32,000 nucleotides of DNA, from contig OW818668.1 of assembly GCA_942493105.1 (NCBI GenBank), positions 1,710,001 through 1,742,000 on the forward strand. Reading direction: 5' to 3'. The position numbers and the translations under genes were made by a program. Shown piece by piece: positions 13,327-21,737 of this stretch (its first letter is position 1; the number at the start of each line of letters is the position of its first letter). The DNA comes from an uncultured Erysipelotrichaceae bacterium. GTDB lineage: Bacteria; Bacillota_I; Bacilli_A; Erysipelotrichales; Erysipelotrichaceae. The notes below the pieces were generated by a model. It did no database searches. It saw nothing but the letters and a program-made list of their open reading frames with translations, and was not told the DNA's origin.

Positions 13327-14013
13327 ATGAAATTTAGCGATTTAGTACAGAATCAAGCAGGATTAATTCCTGTCATTACACAAGATTTTAAAACCAATGA
13401 AGTACTTATGTTGGCCTATATGAATGAGGAAGCATTTAATCAGACTCTAAGGACAAAGAAAGCAACCTACTTTAGTCGTTCCAGAAATACACTTTGGATT
13501 AAAGGTGAAGAATCAGGTCATTATCAACATGTGAAGTCAGTTTTCGTAGATTGTGATAATGACACATTATTATTAAAAGTTAAACAAGAAGGTGTTGCCT
13601 GTCATACAGGTGAAATGTCATGTTTCTTCAATGAAATTGAGTTGGCAGAACCTCTTTTAGAATCACAAGGTAATGAATCCATCGACTCATCCAAATCAAG
13701 CAATGAAAAAGACTATACATTAACAAGCTCAGTCACATCTAAAGTACTCGATGAAGTGTATCAAGTTGTATTGGATCGCAGAAAGAACCCTAAAGAAGGC
13801 TCCTACACCAATTATCTCTTTGACAAAGGAATTGATAAGATCCTTAAAAAAGTAGGTGAAGAAACAGCTGAAGTCATTATTGGGGCTAAAAATGAAGGCA
13901 GTGATGAGATTATCTATGAGATATCTGATTTATTGTATCATTTGACTGTTCTTTTGGTCGAAAAAGAAAGCACATGGGAATCTGTATATAAAGAACTGGC
14001 TAAACGTAGATAG
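13327..14013 (+). CDS. hisI: bifunctional phosphoribosyl-AMP cyclohydrolase / phosphoribosyl-ATP pyrophosphatase
   Basis: HisI half: LIPVITQD...WIKGEESGH...[11 protein letters not shown]...[10 protein letters not shown]. HisE half: [31 protein letters not shown]...[10 protein letters not shown] Ser-rich linker of about 35 aa separates the two halves. The track start at 13321 has GGAG directly abutting it; the ATG at 13327 has 6-nt spacing and is preferred. Confidence 0.9.
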   Translation: MKFSDLVQNQAGLIPVITQDFKTNEVLMLAYMNEEAFNQTLRTKKATYFSRSRNTLWIKGEESGHYQHVKSVFVDCDNDTLLLKVKQEGVACHTGEMSCFFNEIELAEPLLESQGNESIDSSKSSNEKDYTLTSSVTSKVLDEVYQVVLDRRKNPKEGSYTNYLFDKGIDKILKKVGEETAEVIIGAKNEGSDEIIYEISDLLYHLTVLLVEKESTWESVYKELAKRR

Positions 14014-14162
14014 TTTTATTGAAAAAGTTACCGTGCTCACCTTTCACTTTATTTTCATATAAGTTTTCATTAGTTCACTTATAATATAGGTGAAGCCGAA
14101 ATGCTTCAAATGTAAATCTGTTCTTCATTCCCTCCAATTTTATGAAGCAGGAATCTATTTAA

Positions 14163-14188
14163 TTAAAAGCGATGAAAATCGCTTTTAA
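14163..14188 (+). terminator. hairpin terminator candidate after the his operon
   Basis: ttAAAAGCGATgaaaATCGCTTTTaatt. The stem is perfect, with a GAAA loop and a T-rich 3' flank. It lies about 150 nt after the hisIE stop. Confidence 0.55.
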
Positions 14189-14206
14189 TTATCCTATAAT
14201 GAATCC

Positions 14207-15199
14207 ATGACCATCCCAAAGCTTCTAGAGACCTGGTTTATTGAACATCAGCGTCCTTTATCTTTTAGAGCCAATAAAGATCCTTATCGAGTATGGATCT
14301 CCGAAATTATGGCCCAACAGACTCAGATTGACACCATGCTTCCTTTTTATGAGCGTTGGATGAATATGTATCCTACTTTAGAAAAGCTTTCAGAAGCATC
14401 TGAAGATGATCTGTTAAGACTATGGGAAGGTTTGGGTTATTATTCTAGAGTAAGAAATATCTATAAAGCGATTCAAATGATAAAAGCAAATCATTATATC
14501 TTTCCCAATGAACTAGAAGACATCAAAGCGTTGCCAGGTATTGGTCCCTATACGGCAGCTGCTATCGCATCCATCTGTTTTGAAACAAAAAGTGTTGCTA
14601 TCGATGGAAATGTGAACCGTGTTGTAGCACGCTTATTTACACTTCAAGATGAACAAGGATCCAAAAACTTTCAAAATTTTGTCACTAAGGAAATGGAAGC
14701 TTGGATGAAAGATGCCACGCCTTCACTATTTACTCAAGCCATGATGGAATTAGGGGCATTGATATGCACCCCAAAAAATCCAAAGTGTGAAGACTGTCCT
14801 ATAAAAAAACACTGTCTTGCTTATCAGACAGGTTCGATGCTTGATTATCCAATCAAGAAAGCCTCAAAGTCTAAACCCGTTGTTTATAAGAATATTTACT
14901 TCATACGATCAAATGATCAAAAACTGGCACTGACCAAGGATCATTCAGATGAGCTCATGAAAGGATATTGGCGCTTTATCGAAAGTCCTGATGTTATAAA
15001 AGATGCCCTTTACCTAGGCCATCATCATCATGTCTTTACCCATTTGATATGGGAACTTGATTTTTATCTTATCGATCATCAAAATAATTCTGAGTTAACG
15101 TGGTTTAGTCCTAATGAAATAGATGCCTTACCTTTGATTACAGCGCATCGTGTTTCATATGAGAAATTTAAAGCCAGAATTTACGCTTCTGGATCTTGA
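14207..15199 (+). CDS. mutY: A/G-specific adenine DNA glycosylase
   Basis: 330 aa. PYRVWISEIMAQQTQ, the HhH motif LPGIGPYTAAAI followed by DGNV, and the 4Fe-4S cluster CTPKNPKCEDCPIKKHC are present, plus a NUDIX-like C-terminal domain. Confidence 0.9.
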   Translation: MTIPKLLETWFIEHQRPLSFRANKDPYRVWISEIMAQQTQIDTMLPFYERWMNMYPTLEKLSEASEDDLLRLWEGLGYYSRVRNIYKAIQMIKANHYIFPNELEDIKALPGIGPYTAAAIASICFETKSVAIDGNVNRVVARLFTLQDEQGSKNFQNFVTKEMEAWMKDATPSLFTQAMMELGALICTPKNPKCEDCPIKKHCLAYQTGSMLDYPIKKASKSKPVVYKNIYFIRSNDQKLALTKDHSDELMKGYWRFIESPDVIKDALYLGHHHHVFTHLIWELDFYLIDHQNNSELTWFSPNEIDALPLITAHRVSYEKFKARIYASGS

Positions 15200-16049
15200 T
15201 TTTATTGATCTGATCAAACATCTTGATGGCTGTCTTATATCCCTTCTCAATCATCACAGATCCTTTTCCCATAGAAAATATACCAATGTTTTTTGATTTG
15301 ATATTGATGTTGAGATCTGATGCAGAAATCATCCAGTTTTCAGTTTCATGTATACCGATATCGATGATCCTTGAAGCAATTTCCCGCATAGAAGTCGATT
15401 CTTTGAACTCAGTCATATCTTGCATAGAGATTGAGATCACTTTTTCAAATCCCATAACTTTGAGTGGGGCAACAGGAATGTTCATCAAAACTCCCCCATC
15501 AACAAGTTGCAGATCCATAATCTTTGTGGTGTTAAATACCAACGGAAATGAACAAGATGCCGTTAAGGCTCTTACGATTTCAATATCACTGATCACAATA
15601 TACTCTTTACTTTTCGCAAATGATTTTGGATCATTGGTAAAGATCACAGGTTTACCGCTGATAAGATCTGCCGCAACACATACAAATAATTCAGGAATTT
15701 GACTAAGAAATTGATAACCCAAGGCATCAAAATGAGATTTAAGCAATGCTTCAAACTCATCACTTTTAATGAAACCGTCTATTTGTTTAAGTACCAGAGG
15801 TAATAATTCAAAATTACTAGGTTTAAACAGTTTATTTTTTATGATGACCTTTTCAAGATCGAGCATATGTTCTTTGACTTCAGCAACACTGAGTTGACAG
15901 GCCAAAAAGCAAGCAATGATGGAACCCATGCTGGTTCCAGCAAAGCCATCAAAAGAAATCTCATTCTCTTCAAAAACTTGGACGACGCCTATTTCACCAT
16001 ATGCCTTGATACCACCACCCGATAATGCTAAACCTAGTTTTCTTTTCAT
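15168..16049 (-). CDS. patatin-like phospholipase
   Basis: 293 aa. The oxyanion motif LSGGGIKAYG, the nucleophile elbow GTSMGS (GxSxG) and the catalytic Asp in VDGGV are present. Confidence 0.85.
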   Translation of the reverse strand: MKRKLGLALSGGGIKAYGEIGVVQVFEENEISFDGFAGTSMGSIIACFLACQLSVAEVKEHMLDLEKVIIKNKLFKPSNFELLPLVLKQIDGFIKSDEFEALLKSHFDALGYQFLSQIPELFVCVAADLISGKPVIFTNDPKSFAKSKEYIVISDIEIVRALTASCSFPLVFNTTKIMDLQLVDGGVLMNIPVAPLKVMGFEKVISISMQDMTEFKESTSMREIASRIIDIGIHETENWMISASDLNINIKSKNIGIFSMGKGSVMIEKGYKTAIKMFDQINKIKIQKRKFWL

Positions 16050-16063
16050 AATCTTATTTTAGC

Positions 16064-16101
16064 AAAAATAAAAGCCTCTGCTCATGATTATGAGGAGGCT
16101 T
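16064..16101 (-). terminator. rho-independent terminator of gnd-zwf, overlapping the zwf stop codon
   Basis: Minus strand: AAGCCTC-CTCAT-aatc-ATGAG-ca-GAGGCTT followed by TTTATTTTT. The zwf TAA (16088-16090) lies at the hairpin tip: its first T closes the inner stem and its AA starts the loop. Confidence 0.65.
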
Positions 16102-17524
16102 CTTCGGTAATATCAGCAGGTATCCACTGAGAATCATACATATTAAGCATAGCGTTGGATAAGAGTGGACCTTGAGTTTCAGCAGGATAGTATTGAAGAC
16201 TTACCTTATGCTCGTTCTTGAAACGTTCTAAGGCACTAGCAAAGGACCATGTCAAATCAACCATTTCCCAACTGGTAAACAAGGTTTTATCTTGATTAAA
16301 CGCATCATTGAGTAATCTTTCATAAGCTTCAGGCGTATTGATTCGGTTCTCATAAATACAGCTTTGACAGAAATTCATCATTACTTGCGAAATTTGATGA
16401 GATATCCCAGGTTTCTTAGCATTGAATCGGAAATAGATACCTTCATCAGGCTGGATCTTTATAATTAACATTTCTTGCTGAGGGGAAAGTTCTTTAAATA
16501 ACGTTCCTTCGACAGGTTTAAATTTAACTGTGATATAAGTTGCTCTTTGATCCAAACGTTTACCGGTTCTTAAGAAAATCGGAACCCCTTTAAAGCGTTC
16601 ATCATCGACACTTAATGTCAATGCAACATAAGTTTCAGTAGTTGAATCACGAGCAACTTTTACTTCATCTCTATAAGCAACTAAGGCACCGTTTTGATCA
16701 TATTGGCCTAAAACAAGTTTTTCAGTTTTAATCCGACTTAAGATTTCACCTTGCTTGGCATGAATAGACTTAGGTGAAAAATCACTGGGTTTATCCATCA
16801 ACACATAAGACAAAAGTTGAAGCAAATGATTCTGAACCATATCTTGAATGGCACCAGTGGTTTCATAATAAGCACCTCTGTTTTCAATCCCAATGGTTTC
16901 AGCTGCTGTAATCTGTATTTCCTGAATATAGTCTTTGTTCCATATCCCTTCAAACATTCTGTTTGCGAAACGAATCGTCAATATGTTTTGAATCATTTCT
17001 TTCCCAAGATAATGATCAATACGATAAATGTTCTCCTCACCAAAAATAGTATCAAGCAATGTATTTAATTTACGTGCATGATCTTCATTGATCCCAAAGG
17101 GTTTTTCCAATATGATCCGATGTTTACCTTGATCAAGAATCCCACTTGTTTTTAAATGATTGGCAATTGGTTCGAAAAATTCAGGGGCGACAGCGAAATA
17201 ATACAAATAATCACCATTTTTATCACTTTGACCTAAACGTTCATAGTCAACTTGATCTGTCAAAGATAACTCAATGTATTGAAGATGTTTTGTGAATCGC
17301 GCATAAACTTCTTCACTAAATGGAAAACGAGATCCTTTGATCAACCATGGTTTTGCGACTTCCAGATAACTTTCTTGGGTATAAGGTTTTCTGCCAATGC
17401 ACCTTATTGTGATATTCTCAGGTAAAAGGTTTCGTGTTTCCAGTTGATACAATGCAGGTAATAATTTTCGATAAGTCAAATCTCCGGTAGAACCAAAGAT
17501 CGTAAATGTCAGAGCTTTACTCAT
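16088..17524 (-). CDS. zwf: glucose-6-phosphate 1-dehydrogenase
   Basis: The conserved N-terminus starts at MSKALTFTIFGSTGDLTYRKLLPALY (ATG 17522-17524), not at the track start 17590. EKPFG and RIDHYLGKE are present. The ATG overlaps the gnd stop (ATGAGTAA). Confidence 0.95.
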   Translation of the reverse strand: MSKALTFTIFGSTGDLTYRKLLPALYQLETRNLLPENITIRCIGRKPYTQESYLEVAKPWLIKGSRFPFSEEVYARFTKHLQYIELSLTDQVDYERLGQSDKNGDYLYYFAVAPEFFEPIANHLKTSGILDQGKHRIILEKPFGINEDHARKLNTLLDTIFGEENIYRIDHYLGKEMIQNILTIRFANRMFEGIWNKDYIQEIQITAAETIGIENRGAYYETTGAIQDMVQNHLLQLLSYVLMDKPSDFSPKSIHAKQGEILSRIKTEKLVLGQYDQNGALVAYRDEVKVARDSTTETYVALTLSVDDERFKGVPIFLRTGKRLDQRATYITVKFKPVEGTLFKELSPQQEMLIIKIQPDEGIYFRFNAKKPGISHQISQVMMNFCQSCIYENRINTPEAYERLLNDAFNQDKTLFTSWEMVDLTWSFASALERFKNEHKVSLQYYPAETQGPLLSNAMLNMYDSQWIPADITEEASS

Positions 17525-18920
17525 GATCTCCCCAATTTTCAAAATGATAGAAACCTTCTCTGTCCGTCCTTTGATAGGTGTGTGCTCCAAAGTAATCTCT
17601 TTGTGCTTGAATCATATTGGTTGATAAAGAAGTGCTTCTGATAGCATCATAATAGCTCAGAGCAGCGGTATATGAAGGGGTTGGGATGCCATAATAAATC
17701 GATAATGCAACAACTTCTCTTAATGCCATTAATGAATCACTCATGATCTTTGTAAAGTAGGGATCCAATAACAAGTTGGTCAATTTTGGATCTTTAAAAG
17801 CATTGGCAATCTCATTTAGGAATTTAGCCCGAATAATGCATCCCCCTCTAAACAATTTCGCTATTGCTTCATAATCAAGATTCCAATTGTAAGTTTGGGC
17901 AGCTTTTTTAAGTAAATCAAAACCTTGTGCATAGGATATAACCTTTGCAGCATAAAGTGCCTTCTCAACCAATGCATCAAGCTGAGCTGGAATAGGTGCT
18001 TTTATAGAAGAAGCAGGCAAAATCTTTTCAGCACTTAATCTGATTTTTCGATCAGTAGAGATGAGTCGCGCAAATACCGCAGAAGTGATCACCGAGATAT
18101 CAACACCTAAATCGAGAGCTTCCTTTGAAGTCCAAAGACCAGTGCCTTTTTGACCAGCCGTATCAAGGATCATATCAATCAGATCAGCATCACTTAAGTC
18201 ATCTTTGGTCTTTAAAATATTCGTTGTAATTTCGATGAGATATGAATCCAAGGCTCGCTTATTGTAGCCACTGAAAATATTAGAAAGTTCTTTGTTATTA
18301 TGATGACCCAGATCTCTTAAGATTTGATAAGACTCTGCGATGAGTTCCATATCTCCATATTCAATCCCGTTGTGAACCATTTTGACATAGTGTCCAGAAC
18401 CATTTTCACCGATATAAGTACTACAAGCTTCTCCATTAACTTTAGCTGATATCGCTGTTAAGATAGGTTCAATGGCCAAGTAAGCTTCAATATGTCCTGA
18501 AGGCATGATGGCGGGACCTTTGCGAGCCCCTTCTTCACCACCAGACACACCCATTCCCATAAAGTAAAAACCTTTTTCAGCATATTCTTTTTCTCTTCGA
18601 ATCGTATCCAGATAATAAGAATTACCAGCATCGATCACGATATCATTTTGATCCAATAAAGGAACCAATTGATTAAGAACCGCATCAACTGGAGATCCAG
18701 CCTTAACCATAATGATGATTTTACGTGGTTTAGCAAGTTTATCGATCAATTCTTCTAGACTTAATGCAAGACCAAGACCAGGATTTTCCTTTACGACATT
18801 GAGTGCAACTTCTGTGGTTCGATTATAAATCAACACTGAAAATCCATGGTCCAGTATATTCAAGGCCAGATTCTTACCCATAACTGCCATACCTATCACA
18901 GCAACATCAAATTTCTGCAT
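17517..18920 (-). CDS. gnd: 6-phosphogluconate dehydrogenase (decarboxylating)
   Basis: 467 aa. VIGMAVMGKNLALN (Rossmann motif), GMGVSGGEEGAR and HNGIEYGDMELI are present. AGGAGG RBS lies 8 nt upstream. Confidence 0.95.
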   Translation of the reverse strand: MQKFDVAVIGMAVMGKNLALNILDHGFSVLIYNRTTEVALNVVKENPGLGLALSLEELIDKLAKPRKIIIMVKAGSPVDAVLNQLVPLLDQNDIVIDAGNSYYLDTIRREKEYAEKGFYFMGMGVSGGEEGARKGPAIMPSGHIEAYLAIEPILTAISAKVNGEACSTYIGENGSGHYVKMVHNGIEYGDMELIAESYQILRDLGHHNNKELSNIFSGYNKRALDSYLIEITTNILKTKDDLSDADLIDMILDTAGQKGTGLWTSKEALDLGVDISVITSAVFARLISTDRKIRLSAEKILPASSIKAPIPAQLDALVEKALYAAKVISYAQGFDLLKKAAQTYNWNLDYEAIAKLFRGGCIIRAKFLNEIANAFKDPKLTNLLLDPYFTKIMSDSLMALREVVALSIYYGIPTPSYTAALSYYDAIRSTSLSTNMIQAQRDYFGAHTYQRTDREGFYHFENWGDHE

Positions 18921-18950
18921 CTTTACATCCTCCTAAGGGTTAATGATCAA

Positions 18951-19328
18951 TCAAGGAATTAGTCCAAGCTCGGAATCTTTATCTTTTCTTATTGATGAAA
19001 CTTGTTGAATAAATGAGATAAGATTAAGCAATATACAAGGAATCATAAGCAAACCAAAGAGTAATCCTATCATGGCACCTAGCAGATATAAAATCAAGGA
19101 TATCAGAGTCAACGAGCGATCATTGCGCTGATATGCAAACCATCCAAAGATCACCCCAACCCCTACGATGATACTACTGGGGATTAAGAAAATTGAAAAG
19201 ATCGCAGCGAATAATCCACCCATATCTTCACTGTTTTGAGTCCCTAATGCAATCAATACATAAAGTGCAAAACCGATATATAGTAGGGCTAAACAGGTGC
19301 TTATCACTAAAATTTTGTTTCTCTTCAT
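18951..19328 (-). CDS. small integral membrane protein, function unknown
   Basis: 125 aa. It is almost entirely hydrophobic, with 3-4 predicted TM segments by eye. GGAG RBS is present. It ends 30 nt upstream of the gnd start with no terminator between them. I recognise no family. Confidence 0.55.
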   Translation of the reverse strand: MKRNKILVISTCLALLYIGFALYVLIALGTQNSEDMGGLFAAIFSIFLIPSSIIVGVGVIFGWFAYQRNDRSLTLISLILYLLGAMIGLLFGLLMIPCILLNLISFIQQVSSIRKDKDSELGLIP

Positions 19329-19460
19329 ATTTTCTCCGTTATTATTATATCGGTTAATCTCACTTGAAACAAATGTGATGCCTTTTAACCATTGCTTTGA
19401 TCCTGGTCTATTCGAATTACCATCGAATCTAGAATCATTAATTCAGATTATGTCTCTATG

Positions 19461-19492
19461 ATTTAAAATGAGCACCGATTAAGGTGCTCATT
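19461..19492 (-). terminator. rho-independent terminator of the surface-protein gene
   Basis: Minus strand: AATGAGCACC-ttaatc-GGTGCTCATT followed by TTAAAT. The stem is a perfect 10 bp, 8 nt after the stop codon. Confidence 0.8.
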
Positions 19493-19500
19493 GTATAGAA

Positions 19501-20634
19501 TTAAGGTGCGACGTAAGGTTTGATGTCAGCGTATAAGGTAGGTTGAATCAAAACATAATTTCCAGCCTTCGTGCCTTTGAGTGTATACCCTTTAACGATG
19601 ATTTTTAGGTTTGTACCTGCTGTTTTCTGAACAAAGTTAAATGATGGTGATCCTCCCAAATAAACATCATCACCAACGAATACGCCTGATAATCTGGCTT
19701 TTCCAGAAATACTGGCTTTGGTTGTCCCATCATAGATTTTATCTCTGCCAGTGATCCCAACTACTGTCAATGTTTTCTTTGCGATCATGATCTCACCAAA
19801 AATAAATGTAAAGTCATAATTCTCTGCAGTTAAGGATCCAATTTCACCGATGATTTGAACAGGATTATAACTGACAGATAATCCTGCTGAATAAACACTG
19901 GTGATGCTTGGTGTTCCACTGACGACACTTAGGGTGTCGTTCATAAGGAAACCGGTGATCTCATAATCATAGGTACTGATGAAGTCTCCATAGGTCACAG
20001 ATTTATTGGCAATTTTAATGGTTAATAAGGCTTTGTTGACTGTGACATTGATTGAGGTCGTGATTGGTTTATAAGTTACTAGGTCATTTGGAGTAAATAT
20101 AACATTGGCTTTGGTGATCCCAGCTTTTGTAGGAACTAGGCTACTGTTTTCAAAAGCAAATGTTCCTGGAACATAGACACCATTAATCAATGCAATTCCT
20201 TCACCCAAAGTTGAGGATGATATTGACTGACCATATGTAATGGGTGTCGTGGTTGGCCACGTTACACTGATTCCCTTAATGGGACCAAATGCTGTGGTTT
20301 CACTTGTTCCGGCATAATCCTCTATCCCTTTAACAATGACTTTAAAATATTTACCGACATCCTCATTGGTCAGCATTAATGTTCTGGAAGTAGCCCCAGC
20401 AATTTCGACAAAGGTCCCATCAGGCAAAGTTGAAATGGTCCATTGATAACTGACAGTTGACTCTAAAGGTAATACACTGACTGCTAACTCTGTGCCTGTA
20501 TAGCCACTTCCGACAACTTGAACCAAACCGATTTTAGGTTTCTGAAGCAATATAAATGCAGCAACAGCTGAAACACAGATTAAAACCAAAATAGAAATCA
20601 CTATGTTGCGTTTTCTCGCCTTACTTAGATACAT
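19501..20634 (-). CDS. membrane-anchored surface protein with MBG (YGX-type) and YDG repeat domains
   Basis: 377 aa. N-terminal basic segment plus one TM (KARKRNIVISILVLICVSAVAAFILL). Repeated xTYG modules (ITYGQSISSSTL; VTYGDFISTYDYEITGFLMNDTLSVVSGTP) and a terminal KIYDGTTKASISG...GVFVGDDVYL module are present. These are typical of MBG/YDG adhesin-associated Ig-like repeats. Confidence 0.7.
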   Translation of the reverse strand: MYLSKARKRNIVISILVLICVSAVAAFILLQKPKIGLVQVVGSGYTGTELAVSVLPLESTVSYQWTISTLPDGTFVEIAGATSRTLMLTNEDVGKYFKVIVKGIEDYAGTSETTAFGPIKGISVTWPTTTPITYGQSISSSTLGEGIALINGVYVPGTFAFENSSLVPTKAGITKANVIFTPNDLVTYKPITTSINVTVNKALLTIKIANKSVTYGDFISTYDYEITGFLMNDTLSVVSGTPSITSVYSAGLSVSYNPVQIIGEIGSLTAENYDFTFIFGEIMIAKKTLTVVGITGRDKIYDGTTKASISGKARLSGVFVGDDVYLGGSPSFNFVQKTAGTNLKIIVKGYTLKGTKAGNYVLIQPTLYADIKPYVAP

Positions 20635-20808
20635 AGAAATACGCCTCCTCTATTTAAGTTGACTGAGTAATATCCTTCTTATCATGATTCTTTGATAACT
20701 TCATTTTATATTAAAAAAACGTCAATATACATAAATCGACACACAAGATGATTAAATATCTTAAAATTCTCTCAATAAATTACTTATATGGAACACTTGT
20801 TCACAAAC

Positions 20809-21663
20809 CTAGTGGTTTTCGATAAACTGAATCCCTAAACAATCAAGACCTGTATGAGAGGCAATGACAGCTGCTATATCATTGATATAGATCCTGGATG
20901 GCTCATAGCCCCTAGAAATCAGCATCGCTTTGGTTATTTCTGTACGAGGTGCTGCATGCGAATGTATGATATATATCGAACAAGATTTCCCATTAAAGGT
21001 TGAATGCAAGGTATCAATTGCTTCTTCCAAAGCTTTTCTTTCAGTTCTGACTTTCGCAAAAACATCTATTTTACCTTTAGTGGATGCATTAAGTTGTAAG
21101 ATTGGACGTATTTTAAACATCTCAGCTAAAGATGCAGCCAAAGGTGTTAAACGGCCCCCAACTTTCAAATGATCCAAGTCATTAGGCAGAATCAAAGTAT
21201 TGGCCCCTTTTATAACACGATTCAAAGTGTCTATGATTTCGACTTTTGGCTTGCCTTCGTTGATCAAAGTCTGAGTTAAAAGCGTCACATGCTTTTGAAT
21301 CATGCATGTAGAATAAACATCCACAAAAATAACTTCAAGCCCTACTTCTTCACCAGCCAAGAAGATTGATTGATGGGTACTGGAAAGACCTGCCGACAAT
21401 GGGGTCGCAATGACCGTATCAAAACCATCAGCTTTGATTTCTCGCATTAAATCTTCGATACTCATATACAGTGGTGTCGATGTTTTAGGATATTTTTTGT
21501 CGCTTAGCGCTTGATAAACATCTTGAGTGCTGATATCGAGTCCATCATGATAGGATTTCCCATCAATCAAAACAAGCAATGGTACCAAATAGATCCCCTT
21601 CTCTTTGGCTTCTTGTTGACTCAGTCCACTTCCTGAATCTGTCATAACAGCTATTTTACTCAT
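20809..21663 (-). CDS. DegV-family fatty-acid-binding protein
   Basis: 284 aa. The N-terminus KIAVMTDSGSGLS, YLVPLLVLIDGKSYHDGLDIS and TSTP are hallmarks of the DegV family. Confidence 0.85.
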   Translation of the reverse strand: MSKIAVMTDSGSGLSQQEAKEKGIYLVPLLVLIDGKSYHDGLDISTQDVYQALSDKKYPKTSTPLYMSIEDLMREIKADGFDTVIATPLSAGLSSTHQSIFLAGEEVGLEVIFVDVYSTCMIQKHVTLLTQTLINEGKPKVEIIDTLNRVIKGANTLILPNDLDHLKVGGRLTPLAASLAEMFKIRPILQLNASTKGKIDVFAKVRTERKALEEAIDTLHSTFNGKSCSIYIIHSHAAPRTEITKAMLISRGYEPSRIYINDIAAVIASHTGLDCLGIQFIENH

Positions 21664-21737
21664 ATATTCCCCTTTTTCTTACTAGTTCATTATACAACAT
21701 TGCCTTACTTTAAAATCTTGTAAAGCAACTATGATCA

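Noticed and set aside
14075-14128. 17-aa minus-strand mini-ORF (MKNRFTFEAFRLHLYYK) preceded by GGAGGG, in the hisIE-mutY spacer, next to a 21-nt near-palindrome TTCACTTATAATATAGGTGAA (14074-14094)
   Set aside because: The SD-to-ATG spacing is only 2 nt. I found no promoter for the minus strand and no terminator with a U-run. It is too short to evaluate without conservation data.
15223-15702. 159-aa plus-strand ORF from the track
   Set aside because: It lies entirely antisense inside the well-supported patatin-lipase gene. The protein is low-complexity and Ile/Ser-rich, with no RBS. It is a shadow ORF of an AT-rich coding region.
20791-20802. GAACACTTGTTC, which matches the Gram-positive LexA (Cheo box) core GAAC-N4-GTTC, between degV and the surface-protein gene
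   Set aside because: With this base composition the 8 specified bases are expected by chance about 0.4 times in 32 kb. The flanks do not fit CGAAC/GTTCG. It lies about 160 nt from the nearest start codon and next to no DNA-repair gene; mutY has no such box.
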